64,000 nucleotides of DNA from an uncultured Methanomassiliicoccales archaeon (GTDB taxonomy: Archaea > Thermoplasmatota > Thermoplasmata > RBG-16-68-12 > JAJISG01). The stretch lies in assembly GCA_964347325.1 (NCBI GenBank), contig CAYFYA010000010.1, forward strand, positions 1,041 through 65,040. The letters are read 5' to 3'. This document shows positions 27,571 to 37,436 of the stretch, in pieces; the stretch's first letter is position 1, and each line of letters starts with the position of its first letter. The notes under the pieces are model-generated. The model saw nothing but the letters and a program-made list of their open reading frames with translations. It ran no database searches and had not been told where the DNA came from. Made by a program: the position numbers and the translations under genes.

Positions 27571-29310
27571 ATGAGGCAGCCTTCTCCACTGGCAAAGCAC
27601 GGGCCCTTCGTCACCTTCATGGCGGCCCTAGCGGCTCTGAGCTACTACTTTCACCTCAACATCGACCTGGTCCTGCCCGCGCTTAACTCGGCCAGCATTC
27701 TGATGCAGTTGGCCCTAGGGGCCACGATCATCGCCGTCCTGCGCAACGTCGTAGGCATCAAGGCCTACGGGACCTTCGCCCCTGTCATCATCGCCCTCAG
27801 TTTCCTCTACACGGGCCTGCTCCTCGGTTTGCTCCTCTTCGCCATCGTTATGGTCATCATGATCCTCACCAGGGCGTCCTTCCAAGGTGAGCAGATCCAG
27901 CAGGCCCACCGGGCGGCCATCATGGTCTTCATGGTGGCCCTGACGGCAATCCTGTTCGCCGCCTTCGCCGCCCAGCTTGGACAACCGGAGATCGCCTTCC
28001 TCCTCCTGTTCCCCGTCGTGATAACAGCCTGGTTCGCGGACCGGTTCCTGGAGCACGTCGACCGCGTGGGCCTTGGACCGCCGACGAAGTCGATGTTGTG
28101 GACAGTCGTCCTGGTTGCGGCTGCCTACCTCGTCATGGTCCAGGAGCCCTTGGTGAACCTCCTCGTGAGGGAGCCCCTGACGTGGCCCGCCTTTGTGATC
28201 GTCCACTGGCTCCTGGGGACGAGGGTCAAGATCCGCGTCTCGGAGAAGATGAGGTTCGGTTCCCTGAAGAGGCTGGAGGACGTGATGCTTCAGGGGGGAG
28301 TCTCGCAGACAATCCTCACTATTAGGCGCAGGAACACCGACTACCTTGACAAGTACAACCCTGCGGAACTCATGACGGAGCTCAACAAGTCAAAGGCTAA
28401 GGCCCTCCTCCTGTCCAGCGGCATCCCGGTCCCCGACAACTACCTACTCGTATCGAAGCGGGAGGACCTGGCCGAGGCCATAGATGTCGCCATGAGAGCT
28501 CCTGGCTTTGTGCTCAAGCCCTCCGAAGGATTCGGTGGCGAGGGCATCATAGTCGTCCACCGCCGGGAGGGGGACGTCTTCGTCACCAGCGAGGGAAGGT
28601 TGAGGAGCGAGGATCTCATCCAGCACCTCACCAACATCCTCGATGGAGCCTACAACGATGGACGGCCCGACGAGGCTCTCGTCGAGGCCCTCGTGGAGAA
28701 CCATCCGGCCCTGAAGCCCATCGCCCCACGGGGAGTGCCCGACGTCCGTGTGATCTGCTTCCTAGGCTACCCGGTGATGGCGATGCTCCGCCTTCCCACC
28801 AGGCGCTCTGGTGGCAAGGCCAACCTGCACATGGGAGCCGTGGGTGCCGGCGTTGAGATCTCCACTGGCTCCATCAACTTCGCCACCTGGAAGGGGCAGC
28901 TGGTGCGGCGCCACCCGGACACGGGGAAGAAGCTCCTGGGATTCCAGGTGCCCTTCTGGGAGGACATCCTAGAGATAGCCTCCGAGGCACAGAGGATCTC
29001 AGGACTGGGCTTCGCGGGGGTGGACATCGTCTTCGACAACCTCAGGGGACCCCTGGTGCTCGAGGTCAACCGCCGACCTGGTCTGGAGATCCAGAAGGCC
29101 AACGGCACGGGGCTGCTCCCACGCTTGGAGGCGCTGAAGAGCCTCGGCGAGGTCCAGGAGCCCTCCGAGGTTAGGGTCCTAAGGGTCATGGAGATGGACC
29201 GACACGACTGGAAGCTACCGGTTCCCTCGGCCCACATCGAGCCGGAGTCTCCGGTGAGCGAGGAGGTGCCGCTGACCTCCTTGCCGCCCGAGAAGGGGGG
29301 TCCGAAGTGA
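27571..29310 (+). CDS. 7TM (inactive-transglutaminase-associated 7TM family) fused to a RimK-like ATP-grasp amidoligase
   Basis: N-terminal ~230 aa with 7 TM helices. C-terminal ATP-grasp core (VLKPSEGFGGEGIIVV, ...ANLHMGAVGAGVEI..., GFAGVDIVFD...LVLEVNRRPG). Confidence 0.75.
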   Translation: MRQPSPLAKHGPFVTFMAALAALSYYFHLNIDLVLPALNSASILMQLALGATIIAVLRNVVGIKAYGTFAPVIIALSFLYTGLLLGLLLFAIVMVIMILTRASFQGEQIQQAHRAAIMVFMVALTAILFAAFAAQLGQPEIAFLLLFPVVITAWFADRFLEHVDRVGLGPPTKSMLWTVVLVAAAYLVMVQEPLVNLLVREPLTWPAFVIVHWLLGTRVKIRVSEKMRFGSLKRLEDVMLQGGVSQTILTIRRRNTDYLDKYNPAELMTELNKSKAKALLLSSGIPVPDNYLLVSKREDLAEAIDVAMRAPGFVLKPSEGFGGEGIIVVHRREGDVFVTSEGRLRSEDLIQHLTNILDGAYNDGRPDEALVEALVENHPALKPIAPRGVPDVRVICFLGYPVMAMLRLPTRRSGGKANLHMGAVGAGVEISTGSINFATWKGQLVRRHPDTGKKLLGFQVPFWEDILEIASEAQRISGLGFAGVDIVFDNLRGPLVLEVNRRPGLEIQKANGTGLLPRLEALKSLGEVQEPSEVRVLRVMEMDRHDWKLPVPSAHIEPESPVSEEVPLTSLPPEKGGPK

Positions 29311-30422
29311 GCGAGGAGGAGAAAGCCAGGGAAGTGGTCAGACAGGTGCGGCGGGCTGGCATCCGCCAAGTCCTGGTTGTGGCGGGGGCCCTCTTCGCAG
29401 CGAGCTGTATCGTCATCTCTCTGGCCGCAGCAGGGGTGATGAGCCTGCCCCTGGAGGGCGTCCCCATAGAGGGTGATCCCTGGGTCCTCGAGTCCGTCCA
29501 GGCAGACCGCCTGCGAGCCAGGGGGTATGACGGTAGTGGTGTCACCGTCTGCCTTGTCGACTCTGGAATCGACCTGATACATCCCGACCTGGCTTCGATC
29601 CCCCTAGTGGCTTGGAGAGATTTCGTCGAGGGGGAGCCCTATCCCTACGATGACGGTGGTCACGGCACAGCTATGGCTGGCCTCATCGCCGCCCGCGGAA
29701 GGTTGAGTGGCATCGCCCCAGGTGTCTCCCTGATGGTTGTCAAGGCCCTGAGGTCCAACGGGACCGGCAGTTCGGACACCATCGGCAAGGCCATCAGGTT
29801 CTGCTCGGACCCCAACAGGGACGGGAATACCTCCGACGGGGCAGACATCATTAGCCTCTCCCTGGGCGCTCAGACCACTCCCCTCAGGACCAACTCGGCC
29901 GCCCTGGCAGCGGTGGAGGCCGTCGAGGCTGGCATCTTCGTAGTGTCTTCAGCGGGGAACGACGGTCGGGAGGACGATGGGGATGTAGGCACTCCGGCCG
30001 ACGAACCCCTCGTCATCGCCGTCGGCGCCTTGAACCGGAGAATGGAGATCGCGGCCTTCAGCTCGAAGGGGGAGAACGGCCTCCCTTCAAGTCCCTCCCG
30101 TACCGACCCCAACAGGAAACCCGAGTTCGTGGTTCCTGGGGTGGCCCTTCTGACGACGTCAAGGACCTCCTCCTACACAGTCATGACGGGAACGTCGGTT
30201 TCGGCGGCCCTTGTGTCTGGACTCCTGGCCCTCCTGCTGGAGGCCAATCCCGAGTACAGGAAGGGGAGTGAGGCGACGGTCGAGCAGGTCAAGCGTATGC
30301 TCATGGACACGGCCCTACCCCTGGAGGACCAGCAGACGCCTCACGATGACTGGTATGGGTATGGCCTTGTGCAGGTCTATCAGGTTTACCTGCGAATGTA
30401 CTCGACCCAGCCAGCGTCGTGA
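29307..30422 (+). CDS. Membrane-anchored subtilisin-like serine protease (S8)
   Basis: Catalytic triad contexts VCLVDSGID (Asp), GHGTAMAGLIAA (His), GTSVSAALVSG (Ser). N-terminal TM anchor. The start overlaps the stop of the upstream gene by 4 nt. Confidence 0.85.
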   Translation: MSEEEKAREVVRQVRRAGIRQVLVVAGALFAASCIVISLAAAGVMSLPLEGVPIEGDPWVLESVQADRLRARGYDGSGVTVCLVDSGIDLIHPDLASIPLVAWRDFVEGEPYPYDDGGHGTAMAGLIAARGRLSGIAPGVSLMVVKALRSNGTGSSDTIGKAIRFCSDPNRDGNTSDGADIISLSLGAQTTPLRTNSAALAAVEAVEAGIFVVSSAGNDGREDDGDVGTPADEPLVIAVGALNRRMEIAAFSSKGENGLPSSPSRTDPNRKPEFVVPGVALLTTSRTSSYTVMTGTSVSAALVSGLLALLLEANPEYRKGSEATVEQVKRMLMDTALPLEDQQTPHDDWYGYGLVQVYQVYLRMYSTQPAS

Positions 30423-30561
30423 CGTCACTGGGAAGAGTATCATTTCGGGGAAGGATAGAGCAAGCTTTTTGTAGCCAGCGAGGAGACGGACTCGTGGTGA
30501 TTACCTGGACATAGTTCAGGTCGCAGTCCTGCTCCTCGGGATTACCCTGGGCTGGCTGCTG

Positions 30562-30840
30562 ATGTTCGCCGTCCGGCGATACAGGGTCCAATGGGGAGCC
30601 TTCGCCAGCTTCATGACCGTCATCCTGGGCATCAGCATGGTCAAGTTCCTCTACGCCCAGGACCTGCTTCCCTATTACGCCATAGGTCTCTTCGTCGGCT
30701 TCTTTGCCAACGTAATCGTGAGGCTGGTGGGGAAGATCGTTGGCGGTCGTGTCGGCGATGGTCTGCTGGAGATCTCGGCGTACAAGGTGAGGGCAGAGAC
30801 GGGACCTGCAGAGCTGTCGGAGACTCGTCAGGAATCCTGA
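30562..30840 (+). CDS. Small membrane protein (2 TM), hypothetical
   Basis: Hydrophobic helices. A T5 tract (30466-30470) lies upstream, after the S8 gene. Confidence 0.3.
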   Translation: MFAVRRYRVQWGAFASFMTVILGISMVKFLYAQDLLPYYAIGLFVGFFANVIVRLVGKIVGGRVGDGLLEISAYKVRAETGPAELSETRQES

Positions 30841-30941
30841 GGGATACCAAAGGCCGACCGCTCTCTACGTGACTCCGTGCCGAGGGTGCAAAACCTACAG
30901 AAAACTAGAAGTGCCAACTCGCTTTAGTCGAATGCTACGAT

Positions 30942-33674
30942 ATGTCATTCTTCCGCTATGCCCTCCTGGACATAGTCCGAGGTCGTCGGCGGACCTTCTC
31001 AGCGATCCTAGGGATCGTCTTGGCCATCACCTTCCTTGCTGGGACCTATATCGCCATCGACTCCTCAACGCGGGCCACGCTGGAGGGAATGCTGGCCGGA
31101 GTCAACGGCGACTTCACGGTGGGGGCCAATCGTGGGAGCGCCAGTGACCTTCAGCAGATTCTGCAGGTTTATCCTGGCGTGGTCGACTCTGCGGTCTTCT
31201 ATCGGGGCTACGTTGGAGATCTGGGGACCGGTGGTGAGATCACTAGGGTCGGAGCTGAAACGACCTTCGTCGACCCCGAGAAGCTCCCTCGGATTTGGCG
31301 GGATGCGGAGGTTGTGGGCTCCTTGGAGTTGCCGAGAGGCACGGTCGCCCTGACGCAGTCACTAGCCAGTTTCCTCGACATCGGAATCGGAGAGAACGTC
31401 ACTCTGGTGAACTTCGCCTGGGACCCCGTCGATGAGGAGCCGGTCACTTACCAGCTGAACCTCACGGTTGAGGCCCTGGTTACGATGTCTAGGCCGTCCG
31501 AAGCAGCGCCCTTCGGACCCGTTTTCTGGTACGATGAGTGGGTGGTCCTGATGCATATCCGGGATGTGGAGTGGATCGGGGAGCAGCTGTCTCTATCCCC
31601 CGGCTACGCCAGATTGGCGGCAGAGGTTTGGGTAGATAGGGGCCGCTTCATCAACCCCTATGACATAGAGAGTTCGAGGCGCGAGCTGGCGCGGTTCGAG
31701 CGGGGTCTTGAACAGGCCCTGGTCTCCTTCAATGCTTCAGTCTCTGACAACGTCTCCTTCGCTTTGAGCCTCTACGAAACCCAGATCACTAGCCAGCGGG
31801 TAATCTACCTGATACTCTCCGCACCCGTTCTGCTCCTGGGCCTCTACCTCGGTGCAGTCGGCGTGGACCTGGGCCATGCTGAGCGGCGTCGGGAGCTCGC
31901 CGTCCTCAAAACCCGGGGCGCGGGGGGAGGCCAGGTCTTGGGCCTGCTGCTCCTGGGGGCGGTGCTGAGCGGGATCCTGGCCACAGCCATCGGCCTCGTT
32001 GCGGGTATTGGCCTGAGCCGTCTCCTCCTCACGGTGGTTAACCCCTTTGCCCTAGAGGTCGCCCCCGCCTACGACGTGATCGTCCTCTCCGTCGGGACAG
32101 TCATCACAGTGGCCGCCTTCAGCGTGGTCTTCATGCTCCTGGCAAGCTACCGCTCAGCCAAGCGGACGGCAAAGCTGCCTGTGGCGGAGACCCTTCGGTA
32201 CTACGCTCCCGGAGAGACGAAGATAGATTACAGACCCACAATCGACATCGTCCTGGTGAGCCTAGGCATCATCGCGCTCGCTGGGACCTGGTTCGTCCGC
32301 TTCAACCCGGATAACTTCGTCTCTTTCCTCGTGGGCATCATCTTCACGGTCCTCCTCCCCTTGGCCCCCGTCTTCCTCATCGTGGGCGCCACGCGCCTCC
32401 TAACTCGGAGCACCGGGCGCATCTACGGTTGGGCCGCGCGTCTCTGGAAGCCCATCGCCGGGGGCCTGCACTCCATCATCAACAAGAACCTCGCCAGGAA
32501 TCCCCGGCGCTCATCCAACGTGGCTGTCATCATCGCCCTGGGCCTCGCCTTCGGACTCTTCATCTTCGCCTTCCTGGGTTCGACCGTCGCCAACCAGCAG
32601 AGGACAATCAGAGCATCGATTGGCGCCGACATCAACGTTCGAACCGCTCCATTGGACGACGCTTCCTTCCTCCAGAACCTGAGCTCAGTGCCCCAGGTAT
32701 CTGGAATCTCTGTTGTAAGGGTGGTCTACGCGGAGGTCTACGGCAGAGGCGTGCAGACCTACGGAGTGGATCCGGACACGCTCTTTGCCGTGACTCAGCC
32801 GGAATCCTGGTACTTCGATGGGATGTCCGCCGAAGCTGCAGCCGACGCTATCCGGGGGGAGGATCAGGTTCTCACATCCAAGGCGATGGCGGACTCGCTC
32901 TTCCTGGAGGTCGGGGACAGAATCCCCATCACTCAGGAGTACTACAACGAGACCGCCGGGAGGCCGGAGGACGTCACCGTCAACGTCACTGTGGCGGGCA
33001 TCGTTCGTGCCCTTCCGGGCACCGTGGAATACACCTACACCGTCCCGTCTGCTCTATATGCGAGCCACGAGACCCTAGCGCCCTTCATTGAGAGGGAGGA
33101 TGGCTTCTTTGGGGAGGGACAAATCCTCGTGGACCTCCAGCCAGGGGCCGACTGGCGGGAGGCGAAGGGGGTCATCGTGGCTATGGGTGTGAGCTATGTC
33201 CAAGTCTACGAGGAAGAGCTGCTCCGCGCCACCTCGGATCCCTTCTACCGCTCCGTCCTCGGCTTCATCAGCATGGAGGTCGCCTTCATCGTGGCCATCC
33301 TGACAGCGGGGCTGGGCCTCATTCTCTTCGCCGCCACCCTGGAGCGTGACGTGGAGTTCGCAGCTATCCGGGCCCGAGGAGCTAGCGGCTGGCAGGCATC
33401 CGGCCTAATAACCGGCGAGGCCTCCTCCATCATGATCGTAGGGTTGGTGATTGGGACGGTGGTGGGCCTGGTTGTTGCCTACTTCATATTCCAAGTCTTC
33501 ATCATCTCCTTCGGGCCTCAGGAGCCCCTGGTGCCATTCCTCTTCGCCCTTCCCCTGGAGGGCGTTCTCTTGGTGGTCATAACACCCATTGCCATGCTCC
33601 TAACGGCTCTCCTCATAGCCTGGCGCGTGGCTCGCATGAACGTGGCGAGGGTGCTGAAGCTCCGAGGTGGTTGA
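30942..33674 (+). CDS. ABC transporter permease with two FtsX-like domains (MacB/LolE-type) and large extracytoplasmic loops
   Basis: 910 aa. Two 4-TM FtsX modules (GAG...LGL..G motifs), each preceded by a large periplasm-like domain. Overlaps the downstream ATPase gene by 8 nt. Confidence 0.85.
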   Translation: MSFFRYALLDIVRGRRRTFSAILGIVLAITFLAGTYIAIDSSTRATLEGMLAGVNGDFTVGANRGSASDLQQILQVYPGVVDSAVFYRGYVGDLGTGGEITRVGAETTFVDPEKLPRIWRDAEVVGSLELPRGTVALTQSLASFLDIGIGENVTLVNFAWDPVDEEPVTYQLNLTVEALVTMSRPSEAAPFGPVFWYDEWVVLMHIRDVEWIGEQLSLSPGYARLAAEVWVDRGRFINPYDIESSRRELARFERGLEQALVSFNASVSDNVSFALSLYETQITSQRVIYLILSAPVLLLGLYLGAVGVDLGHAERRRELAVLKTRGAGGGQVLGLLLLGAVLSGILATAIGLVAGIGLSRLLLTVVNPFALEVAPAYDVIVLSVGTVITVAAFSVVFMLLASYRSAKRTAKLPVAETLRYYAPGETKIDYRPTIDIVLVSLGIIALAGTWFVRFNPDNFVSFLVGIIFTVLLPLAPVFLIVGATRLLTRSTGRIYGWAARLWKPIAGGLHSIINKNLARNPRRSSNVAVIIALGLAFGLFIFAFLGSTVANQQRTIRASIGADINVRTAPLDDASFLQNLSSVPQVSGISVVRVVYAEVYGRGVQTYGVDPDTLFAVTQPESWYFDGMSAEAAADAIRGEDQVLTSKAMADSLFLEVGDRIPITQEYYNETAGRPEDVTVNVTVAGIVRALPGTVEYTYTVPSALYASHETLAPFIEREDGFFGEGQILVDLQPGADWREAKGVIVAMGVSYVQVYEEELLRATSDPFYRSVLGFISMEVAFIVAILTAGLGLILFAATLERDVEFAAIRARGASGWQASGLITGEASSIMIVGLVIGTVVGLVVAYFIFQVFIISFGPQEPLVPFLFALPLEGVLLVVITPIAMLLTALLIAWRVARMNVARVLKLRGG

Positions 33675-34362
33675 GTTGCCTCAGATAGTGACGAAGGATC
33701 TGATCAAGGTGTATCGGGCGGGCAGGTCGGAGGTCATAGCCCTCCGCGGCCTGGACATGCAGATGGTAGACGGGGAGTTGGTGGCCATCCAAGGCCCCTC
33801 CGGGTGCGGGAAGACGACGCTTCTGAATCTCATCGGGGGTATCGACCGCCCCACCGCGGGACGGGTAGAGGTCGATGGAACGAACATCGTGGACTACAGC
33901 GACGCCGAGCTGGTGCGATATCGCCGAGACCGAGTGGGGTTCGTCTTCCAGTTCTTTAACCTCGTTCCCACACTGACGGCCAGGGAGAACGTGGAGCTGC
34001 CACTGCGGTTGGCCAGCAAGCCCGCGACCCATCGGGACGGGCGGACGAAAGACCTCCTGAAGCTGGTGGGAATGGAGGATCGGGCGGTCCACAGGCCCGA
34101 CGAGCTGAGTGGCGGTGAGCAGCAGCGCATCGCCGTGGCAGTCGCCCTGGCCAACGATCCGGCCCTGGTTCTCGCTGATGAGCCTACGGGAGAGCTGGAC
34201 ACGGAGAACGGCCAGCGGGTCCTCGACCTGTTCGAGGTGTTGAACAGGGACCTGGGGAAGACGGTCCTCATCGTCACTCATGACCAGCGGGTTTCGAAGA
34301 TCGCCAGGCGTATCCTTAAGATCGAGGACGGGGCGATAGTCGGTGAGACAGTGCCCACCTAG
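33667..34362 (+). CDS. ABC transporter ATP-binding protein (MacB/LolD-like)
   Basis: Walker A GPSGCGKTT, signature LSGGEQQRIAVA, Walker B LVLADEPTGELD, H-loop VTHD. Confidence 0.9.
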   Translation: MVELPQIVTKDLIKVYRAGRSEVIALRGLDMQMVDGELVAIQGPSGCGKTTLLNLIGGIDRPTAGRVEVDGTNIVDYSDAELVRYRRDRVGFVFQFFNLVPTLTARENVELPLRLASKPATHRDGRTKDLLKLVGMEDRAVHRPDELSGGEQQRIAVAVALANDPALVLADEPTGELDTENGQRVLDLFEVLNRDLGKTVLIVTHDQRVSKIARRILKIEDGAIVGETVPT

Positions 34363-34389
34363 TCGCCCTGGACCGCCTGCGCCGAGCCC

Positions 34390-35352
34390 CTAATCCTCAG
34401 GCGGAGTCGTTCCTTCCTCGGCCTCCTCCCTCTCCTGTTCCTCTGGTGAACCTCTCCGCCTCCAACGTTCCTCCAATCGAGAGACGACTTCAGTTAGGCC
34501 TCCCTGGTCCTCTCCTTCAGAGGGCATCCGCCTCTGCTTCACCTTGATACGGAAGATGTCCCACGCCACTGGAATGCCAATCAGCAACAGAACTAGGACG
34601 CCAAGGGAGGTCCAACTATTGCCTGCGACCCGACCGTCCCCGATGGCGTAGGTGCCGGTGAGGACGAGCCTGAGCAGGCCCAACCAGGGAAGCTCCCCCC
34701 GGGCTCGCCCTAAGACCCAGCTGTGACGGACCAGGGGTCTGTCGTACTCGGGAGCGTTGTTATCTCCCATGGTGACGTAGCAGGGGTTCTCCTGCGTGCA
34801 CCTCGGGGAGACGACCTGTGAGGTGAAGGTGCTCATGAAGAACTCGATGGAGAGGTCCCTGAAGGTGGCGTTATGGATAAACACCTCGTCCGGCGATTGG
34901 AGGCCGAGAGGGGAGGATGCGCTCGCGTCCCAATCCACCCCCCGCTCCAAGTTGAGCAGCGAGGGGATGTCGAAGCCTGCCACGGAGTCGTTCCAGAGGA
35001 GACGGAACATCGGTCGGTGTATTATGAGCCGATTGTCCGTCAGCCTCCGGAAAAGAAGGACATCGCCGTAGTCGCCGAAGGTCGCGTAGCCCGTGGCTCT
35101 ACCCTCCACATAGGTGATGACTTCCTGCGGCGACGAGATGGCCTGCGGTATGATGACGTCACCGATATCTGCGACCCCGAAGGAGCTGGTCTGGTTGTTG
35201 TGCTGCATGCTCCCGCTCTCGATGACGACCAACGGTGGCCAGTTCCCAGAAAAGAGGAAGAGGCCGCCCAGGACGACGGCCGCCACGACGCCGATGAGCA
35301 GCAGGACATAGAAGAGCTTCATCAACGCAGGAGGAATCTCCGGGTCCATCTC
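34390..35352 (-). CDS. Signal peptidase I (archaeal/eukaryotic Sec11-type, S26B) with an extended C-terminal region
   Basis: TM anchor followed by VVIESGSMQ (catalytic Ser box), and DVLLFRR / GDNN-like regions. Start reassigned to the ATG at 35352 (MDPEIPP...). Confidence 0.6.
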   Translation of the reverse strand, partial: EMDPEIPPALMKLFYVLLLIGVVAAVVLGGLFLFSGNWPPLVVIESGSMQHNNQTSSFGVADIGDVIIPQAISSPQEVITYVEGRATGYATFGDYGDVLLFRRLTDNRLIIHRPMFRLLWNDSVAGFDIPSLLNLERGVDWDASASSPLGLQSPDEVFIHNATFRDLSIEFFMSTFTSQVVSPRCTQENPCYVTMGDNNAPEYDRPLVRHSWVLGRARGELPWLGLLRLVLTGTYAIGDGRVAGNSWTSLGVLVLLLIGIPVAWDIFRIKVKQRRMPSEGEDQGGLTEVVSRLEERWRRRGSPEEQEREEAEEGTTPPED

Positions 35353-35494
35353 CTCCTGACAACCAACGGGGTGAAGACATCTTAAGTCTTGCCAAACGAT
35401 GTCGGAATGGGCCGTCTGGCGTGGCCAGTTCACATTCATCCTACCCTCCCGAAAAGTGTTATAACCCGCCCATCCATCTTCGACTGGCGCCAGG

Positions 35495-36463
35495 ATGGAA
35501 GAGGTCTGGGTAGAGAAGTACCGACCCAAAGACCTGGGGGAGGTTGTCAACCAGGATCAGGTCGTGGCCCGCCTCAAGGCCTACGTGAAGACCGGAAACC
35601 TGCCCCACCTCCTCTTCGCTGGACCGGCTGGGACAGGAAAGACCACATGCGCCATTGCCCTGGCCCGGGAGCTCTTTGGGGACGACTGGCGGGGGAACTT
35701 CGGAGAAACCAACGCCTCGGATGCCAGAGGGATCGACGTCATTCGGACAACCATCAAAAACCAGGCCAGGATGGCGCCTATAGGAGCAGGTCGGTTCAAG
35801 ATCATCTTCCTGGACGAGGCCGACCACCTGACCAACGACGCCCAGGCAGCCCTCAGACGGACGATGGAGATGTACACTCGCACGGCCCGTTTCATCATCT
35901 CCGTCAACTACTCTAGCCGTATCATCCCGCCCATCCAGAGCCGTTGCGCGGTCTTCCGGTTCCGCCCCCTGAAGCCCGAGCACGTGCAGGAGTACGTCAA
36001 GCGGATAGCGAAGGCCGAGGGACTGAAGGTCAAGGACGACGGCATGGAGGCCCTAACGTACATCGCTCAGGGAGACCTGCGGAGGGCGACCAACTCCCTA
36101 CAGGTCGCGGCAGCCCTGTCCAAAACCATCGACTCCGACTCCCTGTACAGGGCGGCGGGGGCGGCGAGCCCGGAGAACGTACGCAGGCTGATAGAGACGG
36201 CCCTCAAGGGCGACTTCCTAGGAGCCCGAAACCAGCTGGACGACCTCCTAATAGAGTACGGCCTGGCGGCGGAGGACCTCCTGAGGGAGATCTACCGCGC
36301 CGTGTACGACCTCAGCGTCCCCGATGAGTTGAAGGTGGGGATGGTGGACCGCATCGGCGACGCTGATTTCAGGCTAATCCAGGGCAGCAACGACCGCATC
36401 CAGCTGGAGTCCCTCCTCTCCAGCTTCGCGCTGATGGGCAGGGGTTTGAAGGAGGAGGATTGA
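35495..36463 (+). CDS. rfcS: Replication factor C small subunit
   Basis: RFC box II VEKYRPKDL, Walker A GPAGTGKTT, DEAD-like FLDEADHLT, sensor SRC motif. 322 aa with no intein. A TATA-like gtgttataacc lies about 33 nt upstream. Confidence 0.95.
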   Translation: MEEVWVEKYRPKDLGEVVNQDQVVARLKAYVKTGNLPHLLFAGPAGTGKTTCAIALARELFGDDWRGNFGETNASDARGIDVIRTTIKNQARMAPIGAGRFKIIFLDEADHLTNDAQAALRRTMEMYTRTARFIISVNYSSRIIPPIQSRCAVFRFRPLKPEHVQEYVKRIAKAEGLKVKDDGMEALTYIAQGDLRRATNSLQVAAALSKTIDSDSLYRAAGAASPENVRRLIETALKGDFLGARNQLDDLLIEYGLAAEDLLREIYRAVYDLSVPDELKVGMVDRIGDADFRLIQGSNDRIQLESLLSSFALMGRGLKEED

Positions 36464-36548
36464 GTGTTATCGACGAAGAGAATAGAGGCCGAACTTTTAT
36501 TACTGCAGATTATCAGGTTCCAAAGACGCTTAGAAGAGGAGTGCACGC

Positions 36549-37310
36549 ATGCCCCCTGGTAGGATTTCTCCCAAGGTCCTGAACGGCGTGTTCTGGGGTA
36601 TCTTCCTAGCCATCGCCGTGGGCTCCTTCATCATGTCCCCCTCCCTCGGCTACGAGTACTCCCCCGAGATCTCCCTAGCGACCTATAGCACCGTCATCCA
36701 GGGAATGGGGGCCCTACTAGCCATCGCTGCCGCTGGCCTCTTCATGCTGCGGCTGAAGATCGACCACGCCATCAGCAGCCTGGAGGAACGGACCCTGGGG
36801 GTTCTGAACAACCGCCTAGGGTGGTCCGTTATCAGGTGGAGCGATGAGCTGGAGACCCGCATGGAAGAGGAGTTCATGGGGGCCGCCTACCCCGAGGTGG
36901 TCGAGGCCGAGGGCGGCTCTGAGGACTACTTGGAGAAGGAGCTGGACGAGCTTCTGGACGCCATCCTGGTCGAGGAGGAGGCCGGTGGTGGCGGCGGTCA
37001 GGTCCAACGCGAGGTCCCCTACCAGGAGACCCGGCCTGCCCTGAGCTCCGACGTGAAGGAGGTGCTGGCCGCCATCCGGGAGAGGAGAGCCCTGCTGGCC
37101 CGGCGGGCGAGCCTGTCGAGGATAATGGGCGGTCCCCTGGCCATGCTGGCTGCCCTCGTGGCCCTCTCGGCGTGGGCCATACCGGCGACGGACATGTTCC
37201 TGACGGGTCAGACGGCCCTGAACACGTCTATGATATTCACGGCCACGTACGGTGGCGTTGTCGCCCTTATATTCACGGCGGCTGCCGCGCTAAAGGCTGC
37301 CCTCTCGTAG
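36549..37310 (+). CDS. Membrane protein with an acidic central coiled region, hypothetical
   Basis: TM segments at both ends with an E/D-rich middle. Confidence 0.45.
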   Translation: MPPGRISPKVLNGVFWGIFLAIAVGSFIMSPSLGYEYSPEISLATYSTVIQGMGALLAIAAAGLFMLRLKIDHAISSLEERTLGVLNNRLGWSVIRWSDELETRMEEEFMGAAYPEVVEAEGGSEDYLEKELDELLDAILVEEEAGGGGGQVQREVPYQETRPALSSDVKEVLAAIRERRALLARRASLSRIMGGPLAMLAALVALSAWAIPATDMFLTGQTALNTSMIFTATYGGVVALIFTAAAALKAALS

Positions 37311-37436
37311 GCGGCCGTATGTCGGGCAAGAGGCAGCGATGTTCCTGGGGGGCTGTAACCTCACGCCCTCTCTATTGTCTATGTAGATAACCTATTTCAG
37401 GCAGGTCGCCAGCTGGTTCATTCGGTTGGAGGCAGG

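Noticed and set aside
34390-35550. 386-aa ORF for the signal peptidase
   Set aside because: The first 66 codons overlap the rfcS start and promoter. The internal ATG at 35352 precedes the TM anchor (MDPEIPP...), so the CDS was shortened.
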